From Somniosus microcephalus (taxonomy: Eukaryota): DNA of 64,000 nt. The notes under the pieces were generated by a model. It was not told where the DNA came from and ran no database searches. It was given only the letters and a program-made list of their open reading frames with translations. The stretch is from the NCBI GenBank assembly GCA_052327205.1, contig JBMRGM010000043.1:31496001-31560000 (forward strand), given 5' to 3'. Within the stretch, counting starts at the first letter, position 1. Every line of letters begins with the position of its first letter. Below are positions 38,096 through 50,901 of this stretch, in pieces. The translations under genes and the position numbers were made by a program.

Positions 38096-40622
38096 TATTG
38101 GCCCAGTAATTCCTCTCTGAACGTGTGAGTACGGTCGGGGTACTCACGCGTCTGGCCGGAGGAAATGCCCGTGTTCAGCATGCACAGCGCATGCGGGGAA
38201 AACCGGCATTTCCAGTCCTCTGAACGAAGGGGTTCAGAGGCACAGCGCGTGCGACTGCACAGGCAGCGCTTGCGCAGTGAACTTCGTCGATTTCATTCAT
38301 GGATTCAGTGAGGGTAAGTCCTTACAAGTTACACTTGAAAAAAGCATGTGTAAAGTTGCTCCAAGGCTGCGGAGGAAGATATATTTTATCGTGGAGCTTC
38401 TGAAAGGCTATATTTTTGTTTGGGAAAGGGAGGAAAGTTATTTTAAGAAATGCTGAGGTAAGTTTTAAAGTTTAATTTTTTTTTTTTAAACGGGTTTTCA
38501 GTACGGTAGGTAGAAAGAGCAATTGTGGCTGTGTGAATTGAATGTGAGAATGAGTGTTCTAAAATGAGTAATGTAACATTTCCAACACTTTTAAGAAAGA
38601 AACTTTTCATCAGTAATAAGTAATTATGTATGTATGTCCGCATATATTCCTTTACGTATATATATGTATGTTTTATATTCCTTTTCTTATGTGTATGAAT
38701 GTATGTTTTTAATTATGATTTTCCAATAAGTTACTTTCTCTGAAAGTCATAATTAAATACATACATTCATACACATAAGTAAAGGAATATATACATACAC
38801 GCAAAGGAATATATACAGACATACATACATAATTACTTAAAAGAATATATTACTGATGACAAGTTTCTTTCTTAAAAATGTTGGAGTCATTTTCACATTT
38901 AATAAACACAGCAAATTCAATTCACATAGCCACAATTGATCCTTCCACCTACAGTACTGAAAACCTGTTTTAAAAAACAAAAATAAACTTTAAAACTTAC
39001 CTCAGCATTTCTTAAAATAACTTTCCTCCCTAGCCTTTCAGAAGCTCCACGATAAGAAATATCTTCCTCCGCAGCCTCTGGAGCAACTGTACTCATGCTT
39101 TTTTCATGTGTAAGTTGTAAGGACGTGACCTCACTGAAAGCATAAATGAAAGCGGCGAATTTTACTGCGCACGCGCTGCCTGTACAGTCGCACGCGTTCT
39201 GCCTCTGAACCCCTTCGTTCAGAGGACAGGAAATGCCGGTTTTCCCCGCATGCGCTGTGCATGCTGAAAACCGGCATTTCCTCCAGCCAGACGCGTAAGT
39301 ACCCCGACCGTACTCGCGCGTTTGGAAGGGAAATACTGGGCCAACATTTTACATGTCAATAAAATGAAAAATTTAACAATTGCACGATTTGCCCCTCGCA
39401 TCTGCGACTGAGGGTCCAAGGAGGTGCATTGCGCAAGAGGTCATCGTCGTACGTATCCTCACACTGTTCCCTTTCAGGAACTGTATGAAGTGGTGGAAGG
39501 ATTTCTGGCCACGTTAACACTTCTTCCGTGACCATAACCATCTTCATACCAGCCATTAGGGTGGTTAGGCCCACTCTGCGCAAAAGGTGACACCCATACG
39601 CTTCCTGCGCCTTTTCCCTCCCCGTGACTGGAGCCCTATGCTGCCACTTGAAAGACCAAGCTATCATCTGTCCTTTTTGCGGCGCCTTTGACTTCTCATT
39701 ACCAATGATGAGCAGGCGCTGCGCCTCCACCTCGTTGAGGAGATTGCTGAGGTCATCATCAGTTCAATTGTGAGCTCTTTTAATGCCGTGAATTTTGCTC
39801 ATTCCAGCCACTTCACGTTGCTAATCGAATTGGGCCTTTGGCGTAGCGGTAGGATCCCTGCCGCTGGGCCAGACGGGGTAGGGTTTCCGAACCCCGCTTC
39901 CAGACAGTCCCGGCAAGTGGAGTCGGAGCTCCGGCTCTAAATTCTGGGTTGACATCCAGTGGGATATTTGCGTCTGTGGGTGTGGGTGGCCCCCCCTCCT
40001 TGTATAGCTTGTGGGAGCCCGTAAAACCCTCCCGCCATAGGACTAACCACTCTAATGGCTGGTTCAAAGATGGTTACAGTCACGGAATGAGCGTTAATCA
40101 CGGCCATAAATCCTTCCACCACTTCATACAGTTCCCCAAAGGGAACAGTGTGAAGGCACGTATGACGACGACATTGCTAAATAAATAAATGGAATAAAAA
40201 AAATTCTTTTACGTCTTTTAAAAGTCTTTAAATTGCTTTAATTCTGTTTAAAACTACTTCAGATTCTTCAAAATAATGTAAACGTTTTTAAAAGTTTATA
40301 AAAGTTACCAAAAGCTTCATAAAAATACCAAAAACCTATTTAAAATGCTGCTCTACATGTAAAAATGCTTAGCAGCTTGTGAGAAACATTGGGGGCGTGT
40401 CCTATTAAACTGAGACCTCAAGGGGCGTGTCTCAGTTGCACAGCGCGCTCCAGGCTTCGCGCTGGCTGCACTCCTGGGCGGCGTGACGTCAGACGCTGCC
40501 CGGGAGTCAACATTTTAAAACAGGAATTCCAGGCGTCCCTGAAGCTCAACGGCCGGCGCGTCGGGTAAGTGCAGATCGGGGGCTTGCACGCGCGGCAAGC
40601 CCCTGACCTGAATTTCTGGGCA
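38096..40622. mobile_element. Composite non-autonomous DNA-transposon-like insertion including a 1.25 kb foldback palindrome
   Basis: Interrupts sequence that is continuous at 5570-5590 in copy A; ends TTGGCCCAGTAATT / AATTTCTGGGCAA; 38096-38723 is inverted at ~38742-39347. Confidence 0.75.
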
Positions 40623-40853
40623 ATATATTAAGCAGATTAACTTCTCCGCAATCAAAGCAGCGAGAGGAATTCCACAACAATATAATAATGCTTCCAGCTC
40701 TAGTGTTCCACAATACAGCTGCTGGCTACCATTAATTGTAAACAACCCTCGTGGCGATTCTCGGTATTGCCTTTCTCCTATTAATAAGCTCTGCTGTTTG
40801 TTTACCTCAGTGATAGGAACTGTTACCTGTCAATCCAGATTCTGTTTTCACTG

Positions 40854-41131
40854 AACTCTTCCCCAAACCTAAACTGAGGACTGACCCTACAGTTGAAATA
40901 TTTGAGGGACACCAGTTAGTATTCATCTGTATTATTGAAACAATGCCGTACAGTAATGGGCTTCAATACTCATTTTACAAAAATTAGCGAAGCTCTGATA
41001 TTGACTGAATACAACAACTTTAAGCTCACGGAGACAGCTTCTTTGAAGGATTCGGGGACTTACCTGTGAAGCAAATGTTTCCTACCGCGGTGTGAAAAAG
41101 AAGAGTGATGAGGTTTCCATTGAGGTTAAAG
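40854..41131 (+). pseudogene. Copy B Ig exon (paralog of A Ig4), dead
   Basis: Acceptor AG>TG at 40852-40853; +1 insertion giving TAG at 40985-40987; 2-nt loss in the YLC codons (tacctgtgaagc). Confidence 0.85.
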
Positions 41132-42439
41132 GTAAAGACAGCCAGCTGTAATTATTGTTGATTGAAAGAATTCTTCAGGGGATTATAGTTAAATAAACAT
41201 ACGAGAGCGATCCAGCCTGGTAAAGGATTTATCCACAAGTTTATCAGGTAATAAATCAATTTTGAATGCAACCTGTTTAAATCATTGCGCCATCTGGTTC
41301 TTACACTATCCATACATTTGCTGAAAACCGAAATTGTAAAAGCTGCAACGTTTGAGGACCAGTGCCCACTCCCTGTGCTTCCTGCAACAGTGTGGAATTG
41401 GGCGATATTGAATTTACCTCCCATTATATGTCCCGCCCGTTTTGCCTCCATTAATCTTCAATGGACAGAAAAATCTTGTGTTCTGTGGAATTGGTGCAAG
41501 ATCCGAAACCGTGCGTTTTAACCCATGGCCCGAAAGTAAAGTTACCTCCTCTGTTTCTGTCTGGCAGATTCAGCAGCGAGCAATACCTGGTCAGGAACAG
41601 CAGGGTGATTAATCAGACAACGCCTTATCACTTACTAGCCCCGGAAATATTTTATATTTGAAAACTCGGGGGTAAAATTTAACATTGAGAGCGCTAATGT
41701 TGATCGGCAGAAAATGGAATAGAAATTGGCCTGTGTTTATAAAGGGTGATCAATCTGCTACCACCGATTTTGCTCCCCAGACAAACTTGAATTTTCACCC
41801 CCTCCAATTTCAGTAGATGTGGAGGCAAAATGCTCGAGGTCACTAAAGTCTGTGCCTCTGATGCCCGGAGATTCCTTTCCACTCCATTAGATCCGGCCAA
41901 TCGTATCTCTATCTTTGCATTTTCAATGGAGCAGGCAATCAGAAAATAAGGTGGGAGTTATCAATCCTCTGTCGACAGTGGATTTCAGAAAAATTGTATT
42001 GTCAGTAGCTGAGCGTTAAACATGAATGTCCTAAAATGTGCATTTGCTGCAACAATGACCAAGGATATTTCAGTATTTAAGACCGGGGAGTAAAGCATCG
42101 CCTGGGCGGAGAGCAGAGTTCAAATGATGGGGTTGTGGGGGTGGGGTGTTGGGGGATAATCTCACTGGACCCGCACGATGTTTCTTCCATTCATTTCAAG
42201 GGAAGGGCTAACTTGTTCCCAAATCTAGCCACGACAGGATGTTCAGCTCTCAGGTGATAACTTTGTTGGTGTCCCGAACTGCAAATTCCTGTAGCAGAGC
42301 GCAATCAAGGATTATTGAAAGTCTCTTTCTGTGGCGTTTCATTGTTCTGCTCATTAACGTGAGTTGTCCAAACACATAAATTGTTAAGTCTGTGATGGAT
42401 GTGGAACCCGGAAAATCCATATATAATTCTATTTTATAG

Positions 42440-43095
42440 AGGTCTTCACAGAAATCACAGAAACCCCACAGTGCAGATAGAGGCCATTTCGGCCCATCGA
42501 GCCTGCACCGACACATATCCCACCCGATCCCCGTAACCCCTACACCAACACATATCCCACCCGATCCCCGTAACCCCTACACCAACACATATCCCACCCT
42601 ATCCCCGTAACCCCACGTATTTAATCCCCCTAACACTAAGGGTCAATTTATCATAGCCAATCAACCTAACCCGCACATCTTTGGACTGTGGGAGGAAACC
42701 CACGCAAACACGGGGAGAATGTCTGTGTGGAGTTTGCACAGTCACCCGAGGCCGGATTCGAACCCGGGTCCCTGGCGCTGTGAGGCAACAGTGCTAACCA
42801 CTATGCACCGTGCTGCAGGTCTTCTCCAAACCTACATTGAGGGCTGAGTCTGGAGCTCAATTACTTGAGGGCCAGCAGTTAAATCTCGCCTGTTTGGTTA
42901 CAATATTTCGATCCAGTACTTCCTTGAGACTCGTATTTTACAAAGATGGACAAGCTCTCACTTCAGCGGCAGACCACAACTATTACATCAAGAAGATATC
43001 TCGGCCGGACGATTCGGGGATTTACCAGTGTGAAGCAACTACTTTCAACAGTGAGGTGAAGAAACTGAGCAACCAGGTTTCCGTTTCAGTCAGAG
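42440..43095 (+). pseudogene. Copy B Ig exon (paralog of A Ig5), interrupted by a SINE
   Basis: Original acceptor at 42438-42439, SINE 42448-42816, then the full open 279-nt exon 42817-43095 with GTGAGT donor. Confidence 0.85.
42448..42816 (-). mobile_element. HE1-like V-SINE inserted in a coding exon
   Basis: 8-bp TSD AGGTCTTC (42440-42447, 42817-42824). Confidence 0.92.
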
Positions 43096-43551
43096 GTGAG
43101 TAAAATTTACGATAATTATTTATCACTTTATAATAGAACACGAAAATCATAGAAAACGAGTAGCGCTGATTCAACAGATGACGCCAGGGAAGGAAAACGT
43201 TATTCACCAGGATAGACTTGAGCTACAGGGACTGACAGTACCGAGTTAGCCATGGCTAAGTGTTATGTCATTAGTGTTTTTTACATGCCAATTGCGAGAT
43301 AGGGCGATTAGGAAAAGCTATTCTTTCTGATTGCGAAGACAGGAAGGAGAATCAGTAATGTATAATTATCACTAAAAGCGGGAGGGTAGCCCTTCGAAGA
43401 ACATTTTATGCGTATCTGACTGCTGGAACATAGAATGAGTTGCCAGGTGGAGCGGTGGTGTTAGGTACCATTGCATCTAGATATTGTAGTGTTTATGGTA
43501 CTGGAATAGTGCAGAGTTCATGCCTTTGACTAGCAGAATCAGTAGGAATCA

Positions 43552-43847
43552 GGACCAGGCCAGAGATAGTAGGGTGGCCACAAGTGGATTCACAGAATCA
43601 CAGAAACCCCACAGTGCAGATAGAGGCCATTTCGGCCCATCGAGCCTGCACCGACACATATCCCACCCGATCCCCGTAACCCCTACACCAACACATATCC
43701 CACCCCTATCCCCGTAACCCCACGTATTTAATCCCCCTAACACTAAGGGTCAATTTTATCATAGCCAATCAACCTAACCCGCACATCTTTGGACTGTGGG
43801 AGGAAACCGGAGCACCCGGAGGAAACCCACGCAAACACGGGGATTGT
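43552..43847 (-). mobile_element. 5'-truncated HE1-like SINE
   Basis: SINE match 43590-43843; flanking direct repeat AGTAGGAATCA at 43541-43551 and 43848-43858. Confidence 0.8.
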
Positions 43848-44892
43848 AGTAGGAATCATTGTAGTTCCAGGATCAGGCTTTACTCTATTAATTCCACCTA
43901 TTGCTAAAGTAGGAGAGGGGTACGTGCGCCCAATATAGGTGTGGTAACCTACTGACGAGGCTGTTTATTATGATGAGTGCCCTATTTCACTTTGAATGTT
44001 GCAACACAAATTCAACAAAAGCAAAGTAACTAATAAATGGTAGTATTTACAGGACTCCCAGTGTCAAAACCGGAACTGACAATCAGCCCTTAATACAAGG
44101 AGAAACAGCGTCATTAACCTGCTCAGATTTAAACCGTAGTGTCCAAGAACGTTAGTTAAAACTGCTATTCAGAAGATTAGAACTAACTTTCTCAAGAGCA
44201 ATTGGGGATGGGGAACAAATCATGGTCTTGCCAGCGACGCTCACATCCAGTGAATGAATAAAAGATGAACAGGACTGATGGTACGACACAAGGAAAATTC
44301 TGAATTATGAGCTTTCACGAATCCCTTTACAGCTTTCCTAAGCTTTAATTATGAACTTGAACTTGCTGAATTATTTCCTGGGGGGGGATTTCGGGAAGCA
44401 GTTTGGGAAATTATGTCCAAAGTGGCTACAATTTATTTGACTGATGGAGGAGCGATTGGAACTGGTAATCCTAATAGGCCACAATCAAAGAGCTGAAGGA
44501 TGCAACGATATAGTTAAACTTAGAGGAGATATTTCAGAAAGAAGGTGAATACGAGGACATGGAATTCAAATTTGATACAATGGTGGCTGCGGATCCAGAT
44601 GTTAAAAACGTGTGCGAGTAGAATTTAGTGCAGAACAGAGACATTTGGATCATCTGGAGTTTGTAGATGGTGGGTTTTGGAGTCCAGAAAGGAAGGCGTT
44701 GTAATAATCGAATCTCGAGATGAGAAATCCATGGATTAGTTTTTTATGACCGAGAGGCTGCGGTGGAGCTGGAGGGAGTCAAGTCACTGCCGATCTGAAA
44801 TGTATTGCTAATGATACACATGGCGATAGATTGAATCTGTATTATTTGAAAAGGTGTTATGTTACTCATGAGATATCTTTATTTGATTCCAG

Positions 44893-44994
44893 TGCAGATT
44901 CTCACAAACACGATCAGAGCCTTCGTTCTTACACTTTTCCTTATGGGTGCCCTGATTGCACTGGTTTGGGTCAATCTTCCCACCAAGAAACAAG
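44893..44994 (+). CDS. Copy B transmembrane exon, intact
   Basis: VQILTNTIRAFVLTLFLMGALIALVWVNLPTKKQ; ttccAG acceptor and GTGAGT donor; 102 nt. Confidence 0.85.
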
Positions 44995-45613
44995 GTGAGT
45001 CATGTTTTACAAGCAGGTGATTGGCTATATAGTCACGTGAAGGGATTCAATGTATTTCATATTTAATTGCCACATTCAAGTTGTCAGCATATGATTTGGG
45101 AAAGAGACGAGTAGTCTGCGTTGGAGAAAGCAAAGGTTGTTTGCAATGATGAGATCAGAACAGACAGGAGCCCAGTTATGGGGTGAGTTTGCTCGGTCAA
45201 GCGAATGTGTTCCCCTGTGTGCTGTAGAGATTCGAGTATCTCTGGTAAACAGGATCGAATGCAAACCAATATGGTGTGTATACCATGTTTAATTGGAGTT
45301 TAGCACGGAATATAACACACTAGGAATACAGCAAAAACATACGACCGTGACAAGCAGCTGGTACCAGACCCTATTGGATAGACGGCTGGTGTGCGTGAAT
45401 AGTTCTTTGTCTTCTGGCCTTTATCTCTCTCCCTCTGGGGCCTTCGATGGTGAGTGTGGGATCACTCTCAAACGTGTGTTCGACCAGCTTGTCGTCTCAT
45501 TGCAACTTCTGCTCGGCTCACCCCTCCACCGTCTGTGTAGGCAAGCACTCGGTGTGTCACTTTCATTCTCTTTTTAGAGGTGTGCCTGACGCCAAGTTAT
45601 TGACAAGACCATT

Positions 45614-48600
45614 TGATACGCTTATCAATTACTTCATAAAAGGTGATGAGTCGAAGAAGAGATGACGAGTCGAAAGAAGAGATGAATAAGGCTTTTATTA
45701 GCTAAGAAGAGACCATGCTTCTTCGTGAGTGACTGAACAAGTCTGAACGAAACCCACACAGTGGTGGGTGGAGTCAGCTGAGGCATGCCTCCATACACAG
45801 CGCCACCCAGAGGTGGCAATATACAATACAGTGGTTTACCACATTCACCCCTTGTTTAATGTGAAGTCCGGCGGGGTGAAGGGTACTACAAGTTAAGTCT
45901 ATCAGGAGGCCTTGTCTGACGTCTTGATCGTCGTGGTGGCGGCGGTGGTGTTGCAGCATCCGACGTCGGGTCTGGTGTCTGGGTGGTTGGCGAAGATTCC
46001 TGGGGCTTTGGCATGCCGTCTGCAGGGGTTGGGTTGGGAGGGGTGGTGGGGGATAACAGTGGTAAGGGGGATAATGGTGGTAAGGGGGATAACGGTGGTA
46101 ATTCAGGGGTACCCGAGGGTGCGAGATCTCGTATGGAGACCGTGTCCTCCCGCCCGTCTGGGTATGTCACCCAGGCATACTGGGGGTTGGCGTGTAGGAG
46201 GTGCACCCGCTCGACCAGGGGGTCCGTTTTATGCGTCCTCACGTGCCTCCGCAGTAGGACGGGCCCAGGAGAAGTCAACCATGCCGGTAGCGAGGTTCCC
46301 GATGTAGACTTCCGGGGGAAAACGAACATTTTCTCATGAGGGGTCGCATTAGTGGCAGTACAAAGCAGTGACCGAATGGAGTGGAGCGCTGCAGGGAGGA
46401 CCTCCTGCCAGCGGGAGGTCGGAAGGCCCTTAGATTTTAGTGCTAAGAGGACTGCCTTCCAAACCGTCGCGTTCTCCCTTTCCACCTGGCCGTTCCCCCG
46501 GGGGTTGTAACTGGTGGTCCTGCTCGAGGCGATACCTCTTGTTAGCAGGTACTGCCGAAGTTCGTCGCTCATGAACGATGAGCCCCTGTCGCTATGTATA
46601 TAGCTGGGGAACCCGAACAGAGCGAAGATGTCATTCAGACACTTGATGACCGTGGTACTGGTCATGTCTGGGCAAGGGATGGCAAAGGGGAAACGGGAGT
46701 ACTCATCAACTATGTTGAGGAAGTACACATTGCGGTCAGCGGAGGGGAGGGGCCCTTTAAAATCGACGCTCAGGCGTTCGAAGGGGCGGGTGGCCTTGAT
46801 CAGGCTTGCTCTGTCCGGCCTGTAGAAGTGCGGTTTGCACTCGGCGCAGATTTGGCAGCTCTTGGTCATGGTCCTGACCTCCTCGATGGAGTAGGGCAGG
46901 TTACGGGATTTGATAAAATGGAAAAACCTGGTGACCCCCGGGTGGCAGAGGTCATTGTGGAGGGACTGCAGCCTATCACTCTGTGCGTTGGCGCATGTAC
47001 CACGTGATAGGGCATCTGGGGGCTCATTGAGTTTCCCTGGCCGATACAAGATATCATAATTGTAGGTGGAGAGTTCGATTCTCCACCTCAAGATCTTGTC
47101 GTTCTTGATTTTACCCCTCTGCTTATTATTAAACATAAAAGCTACTGAACGCTGGTCAGTGAGCAGGGTAAATCGTTTCCCGGCCAGGTAATGCCTCCAG
47201 TGACGCACCGCTTCTACAATAGCCTGGGCCTCCTTTTCGACGGAGGAGTGTCTCGTCTCGGGGCCCTGGAGGGTCCTTGAGAAAAAGGCCACGGGTCTGC
47301 CCGCCTGGTTAAGGGTCGCGGCTAGGGCAAAGTCGGAGGCATCGCTCTCCACTTGGAAGGGGATGGACTCATCCACCGTGTGCATTGCGGCCTTCGCGAT
47401 ATCGTTCTTGATAAGAGTGAAGGCTGCACATGCCTCTGGTGTCAGGGGGAAGGAGGTGGCTTTGATGAGGGGCCTGGCTTTGTCTGCATAGAGGGGCACC
47501 CACTGGGCGTAGTAGGAGAAAAACCCCAGGCATCTCTTCAGTGCTTTTTGGCAGTGGGGAAGGGGTAGCTCCATTAGGGGGCGCATTCTGTCGGGGTCGG
47601 GCCCGATGACTCCGTTCTCCACCACGCAGCCGAGGATGGCCAGGCGCTTGGTGTGAAACATACATTTTTCCTTATTGTACGTTAGGTTCAGCCGTTGGGC
47701 CGTACGGAGGAAATTTGCTAGATTAACGTCGTGGTCCTGCTGGTCGTGGCCGCAGATGGTGACGTTATCCAAATAGGGGAAGGTTGCCCGCAGCGCGTTC
47801 TGGTCAACCATTCGGTCCATCTCCCTTTGGAAGACCGAAACCCCGTTGGTGACGCCGAAGGGGACCCTAAGGAAGTGGTAGAGGCGGCCGTTTGCCTCGA
47901 AGGCAGTATACTGGCGGTCCTCATGGCGGATGGGCAGCTGGTGGTACGCTGACTTAAGGTCGATGGTGGAGAATACTTTGTATTGCGCAATCTGATTGAC
48001 CATATCAGATATGCGAGGGAGGGGGTACGCGTCCAGCTGGGTGTACCGGTTTATGGTTTGGCTGTAGTCGATTACCATGCGGCGTTTTGCAGTGGTTTTA
48101 ACGACTACAACCTGGGCTCGCCAGGGGCTAGTGCTACCTTCGATAATGCCCTCCTTCAATAGCCGCTCCACCTCAGAGCTGATAAAAGCTCTGTCCCCGG
48201 CATTGTACCGCCTGCTTTTGGTAGCGATGGGTTTACAGTCGCGGGTGAGGTTAGCGAACAGGGGAGGGGGGGGGACTTTTAATGTGGAAAGGCTGCAGAC
48301 TGTGAGTGGGGGGAGGGGTCCACCGTATGCTAGTGTGACACTCTTAAGGTGGCACTGAAAATCCAACTCTAGCAGGACGGCAGCGCAAAGACGGGGCAGG
48401 ACTAGCAGTTTAAATTTTTTATATTCAGTGCCCCCTACTGACAGGGTCACCACACAGTAGCCGCTGATGTCCCTTGACTGGGACTTGGACGCCATAGAAA
48501 TGCGATGGTGCGTTGGCAGAATCGTGAGGGAGTGGCTACGTACCGTGTCGGGGTGGACGAAACTCTCTGTGCTCCCGCTGTCGATCAGGCAACTGGTGGC

Positions 48601-49902
48601 GCGGCCGTTTACCGCGATATCCTTCATGGAGCTGGATAGATGGTGAGGGAGGGCTTGATCCAGCATCACGGAGGCCAGTATGTGGCTTAGTGAGTCACTA
48701 TAGTCATCCGCCGAGACGGTGGTCGGTTCCGGTGACGAAATGGCGGTTGAGTGCGTTGGATACGATGGCGGCGGATGCCATGCGGCCGGGGGTACACAAA
48801 ATGGCGGATAAGATGGCTGCTCCCACGGCCCGCACGCTGCGCTGCTGGCTGGCTTCCCCTTGCAGGCGTTAGCGTAATGGCCTTTCTTCCCGCAGCCCGA
48901 GCAGGTAGCTGTCTTAGCTGGGCAGTGCGCTCTGGGATGTTTTAACTGGCCACAGAAATAGCATTTTTGGGCCTGGTTACTGGGCATCGAAGCAGTTCTT
49001 ACCGGAGGCTGCTGTCTCGGTTGGGTCGCTGCAGCGGTTGGTGCCGGGGGCGGCGGTCCCGTGTCCCACGGTTTCGATTGCCATGTCTCGGCGCCGTTAC
49101 GGGGGTATGCCTCGAGGTTTCGGTGGGCCTCCTCTAACGAGAGCGCAAGGGCAATGGCCGTCTTCAGGTCGGGTTCCTTGCTTTCTAGCAGTCTCTGCCG
49201 GGTGTGGTCTTACTGGAGGCCCCTGACGAAGGCATCACAGGCGAGTCCCTGCGCGTGCTCCACAGCCGTTACCGCTTTACAATCGCAGTCTCTGCAGAGT
49301 GCCAGTAGCGCCCGTGCAAATGCCCCTACCGATTCTCCCGGTTGCTGCCTGCGGGATCCCAAGAGGTGTCGGGCGTAAATTGTGTTCACTGGGCGCGTAT
49401 ATTGCCCTTTTAGTAGCTCGAGGGCCGCCACGTACGTATTAGAGTCCTGGATTAGCATATATACTTGATGGCTCACCTGGGCGGTCAAAATTTTCAGTTT
49501 GTGATCCTCCTCTGTAACCTGTGAGATTGCGAGGAAGGATTCAAAGCAGCTCAGCCAGTGTTCAAACTTGGCTGATGCACCCACCTCTTGAGGGTCGAGG
49601 TCCAGGCGTGGTGGTCTGAGGGCTCTCAGCAATGTCTGCTGTATCCGTTGCTGTTGTTGCTCCTCAGGTGTCGCCATTTAACTTTTAGCTAATAAAATTG
49701 ATACGCTTATCAATTACTTCATAAAAGGTGATGAGTCGAAGAAGAGATGACGAGTCGAAAGAAGAGATGAATAAGGCTTCTTCGTGAGTGACTGAACAAG
49801 TCTGAACGAAACCCACACAGTGGTGGGTGGAGTCAGCTGAGGCATGCCTCCATACACAGCGCCACCCAGAGGTGGCAATATACAATACAGTGGTTTACCA
49901 CA
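45614..49902 (-). mobile_element. Near-intact Ty3/Gypsy LTR retrotransposon
   Basis: LTRs 45614-45843 (3') and 49699-49902 (5'), TG...CA, 5-bp TSD CCATT, PPT AAGGGGTGAA (45844-45853 on -), domain order gag-PR-RT-RH-IN. Confidence 0.97.
45886..49677 (-). CDS. Gypsy gag-pol polyprotein with one in-frame stop (49210-49212)
   Basis: CCHC knuckle (CSGCGKKGHYANAC), protease LIDSGS, RT YLDN, RNase H SDASD/EKE/TDQ, integrase HxxxxH..CxxC and DDE; ORFs 49210-49677 and 45886-48987 share a frame with 74 open codons between. Confidence 0.93.
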
Positions 49903-50873
49903 CCATTTAACCTATAGATGTTCCTCTAAAGTCTCATCATCCTGTAACACATCATGTCCTTCATCCAATTGCCACTATTGTTCAATCTTTCTGAAGGTTC
50001 TTCCTTTGGAATTCGTGTCTTAGCTCTCTTGTCCCTCTCCTCCTTAACCCAGCATGTACAAGGGCCGACACAATCCCTGTTGTTCATGGCCCCAGCCAAA
50101 GCTGTCACACATTCACCAGTCACTATTTCACCTTCATCTAGCCAACGGCCCATTCTAAGATGGATAATTCAACCTCCTCAAATTCCTTTCATTCTATGTC
50201 TTTTCCAAATTAATTTTTAATTAACTTTGCAAGCAGTTCTGCTAAACAAACTTCAAATTCTATCTGTAGAGATTATAATATGGTTATTAGTAACAATAGT
50301 CGAAACAAAGGTTGGGACTTCACTGTCCAAATTAACAAAGTCAAAACCCAAAATTACATACAACAGATATAGCAGGCCTGGCTGGGCGATCCTATGGACC
50401 CCTGTGTGGAATGTTTATGCCTCACCTAATCTAACCGATTAAATTCATTTTCTCAAATTATAATGCACGTTTTCCAGGAAAAGGAAACTTCATCAGTCAC
50501 TCACTTCTCTCATGCCGAAACATACAGCCATGTAAACACAGTATTATTGGTGTAGCCATATACATTTTTAGCCACCCCTAGTTTCTAACAGTGCTTTTCA
50601 GAATAGGTATGCATCTGGGCAAGGGGCAGAACAATAAGTGGCAGCATCACTCGTGGTTAGTGTGAGGAGGTGATGTGGCTTAAAGGATTTGTAATTCACT
50701 ATATGGGAACACCTTAAAGGTTTCTGCACGTCTTTTCTGCATTAATGCATTTAATGTACGTTTGTAAATATTTAGAATTGAGATGACTGAATATATTTGC
50801 TGTTAAACAAAGCCAACTGTACAACAATATTTACTACAACTTGCTGAATTTGGTCTCTTCCTATTTTATCCAG

Positions 50874-50901
50874 ACAATTCTTCAAGAATTTCACAACTGG
50901 G
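50874..50901 (+). CDS. Copy B cytoplasmic mini-exon 1
   Basis: 28 nt, phase 1-2, DNSSRISQLG, canonical sites. Confidence 0.7.

Larger units (their letters stand above)
45223..50590. mobile_element. ~1.07 kb solo-LTR-like insertion split by the Gypsy element
   Basis: Starts TGTAGAGA, ends TTTCTAACA, 4-bp TSD GTGC; empty site gtgtgctgttcagaatag at ~14681 in copy A. Confidence 0.7.

Noticed and set aside
45912-48945. Several + strand ORFs
   Set aside because: Antisense shadows of Gypsy pol.
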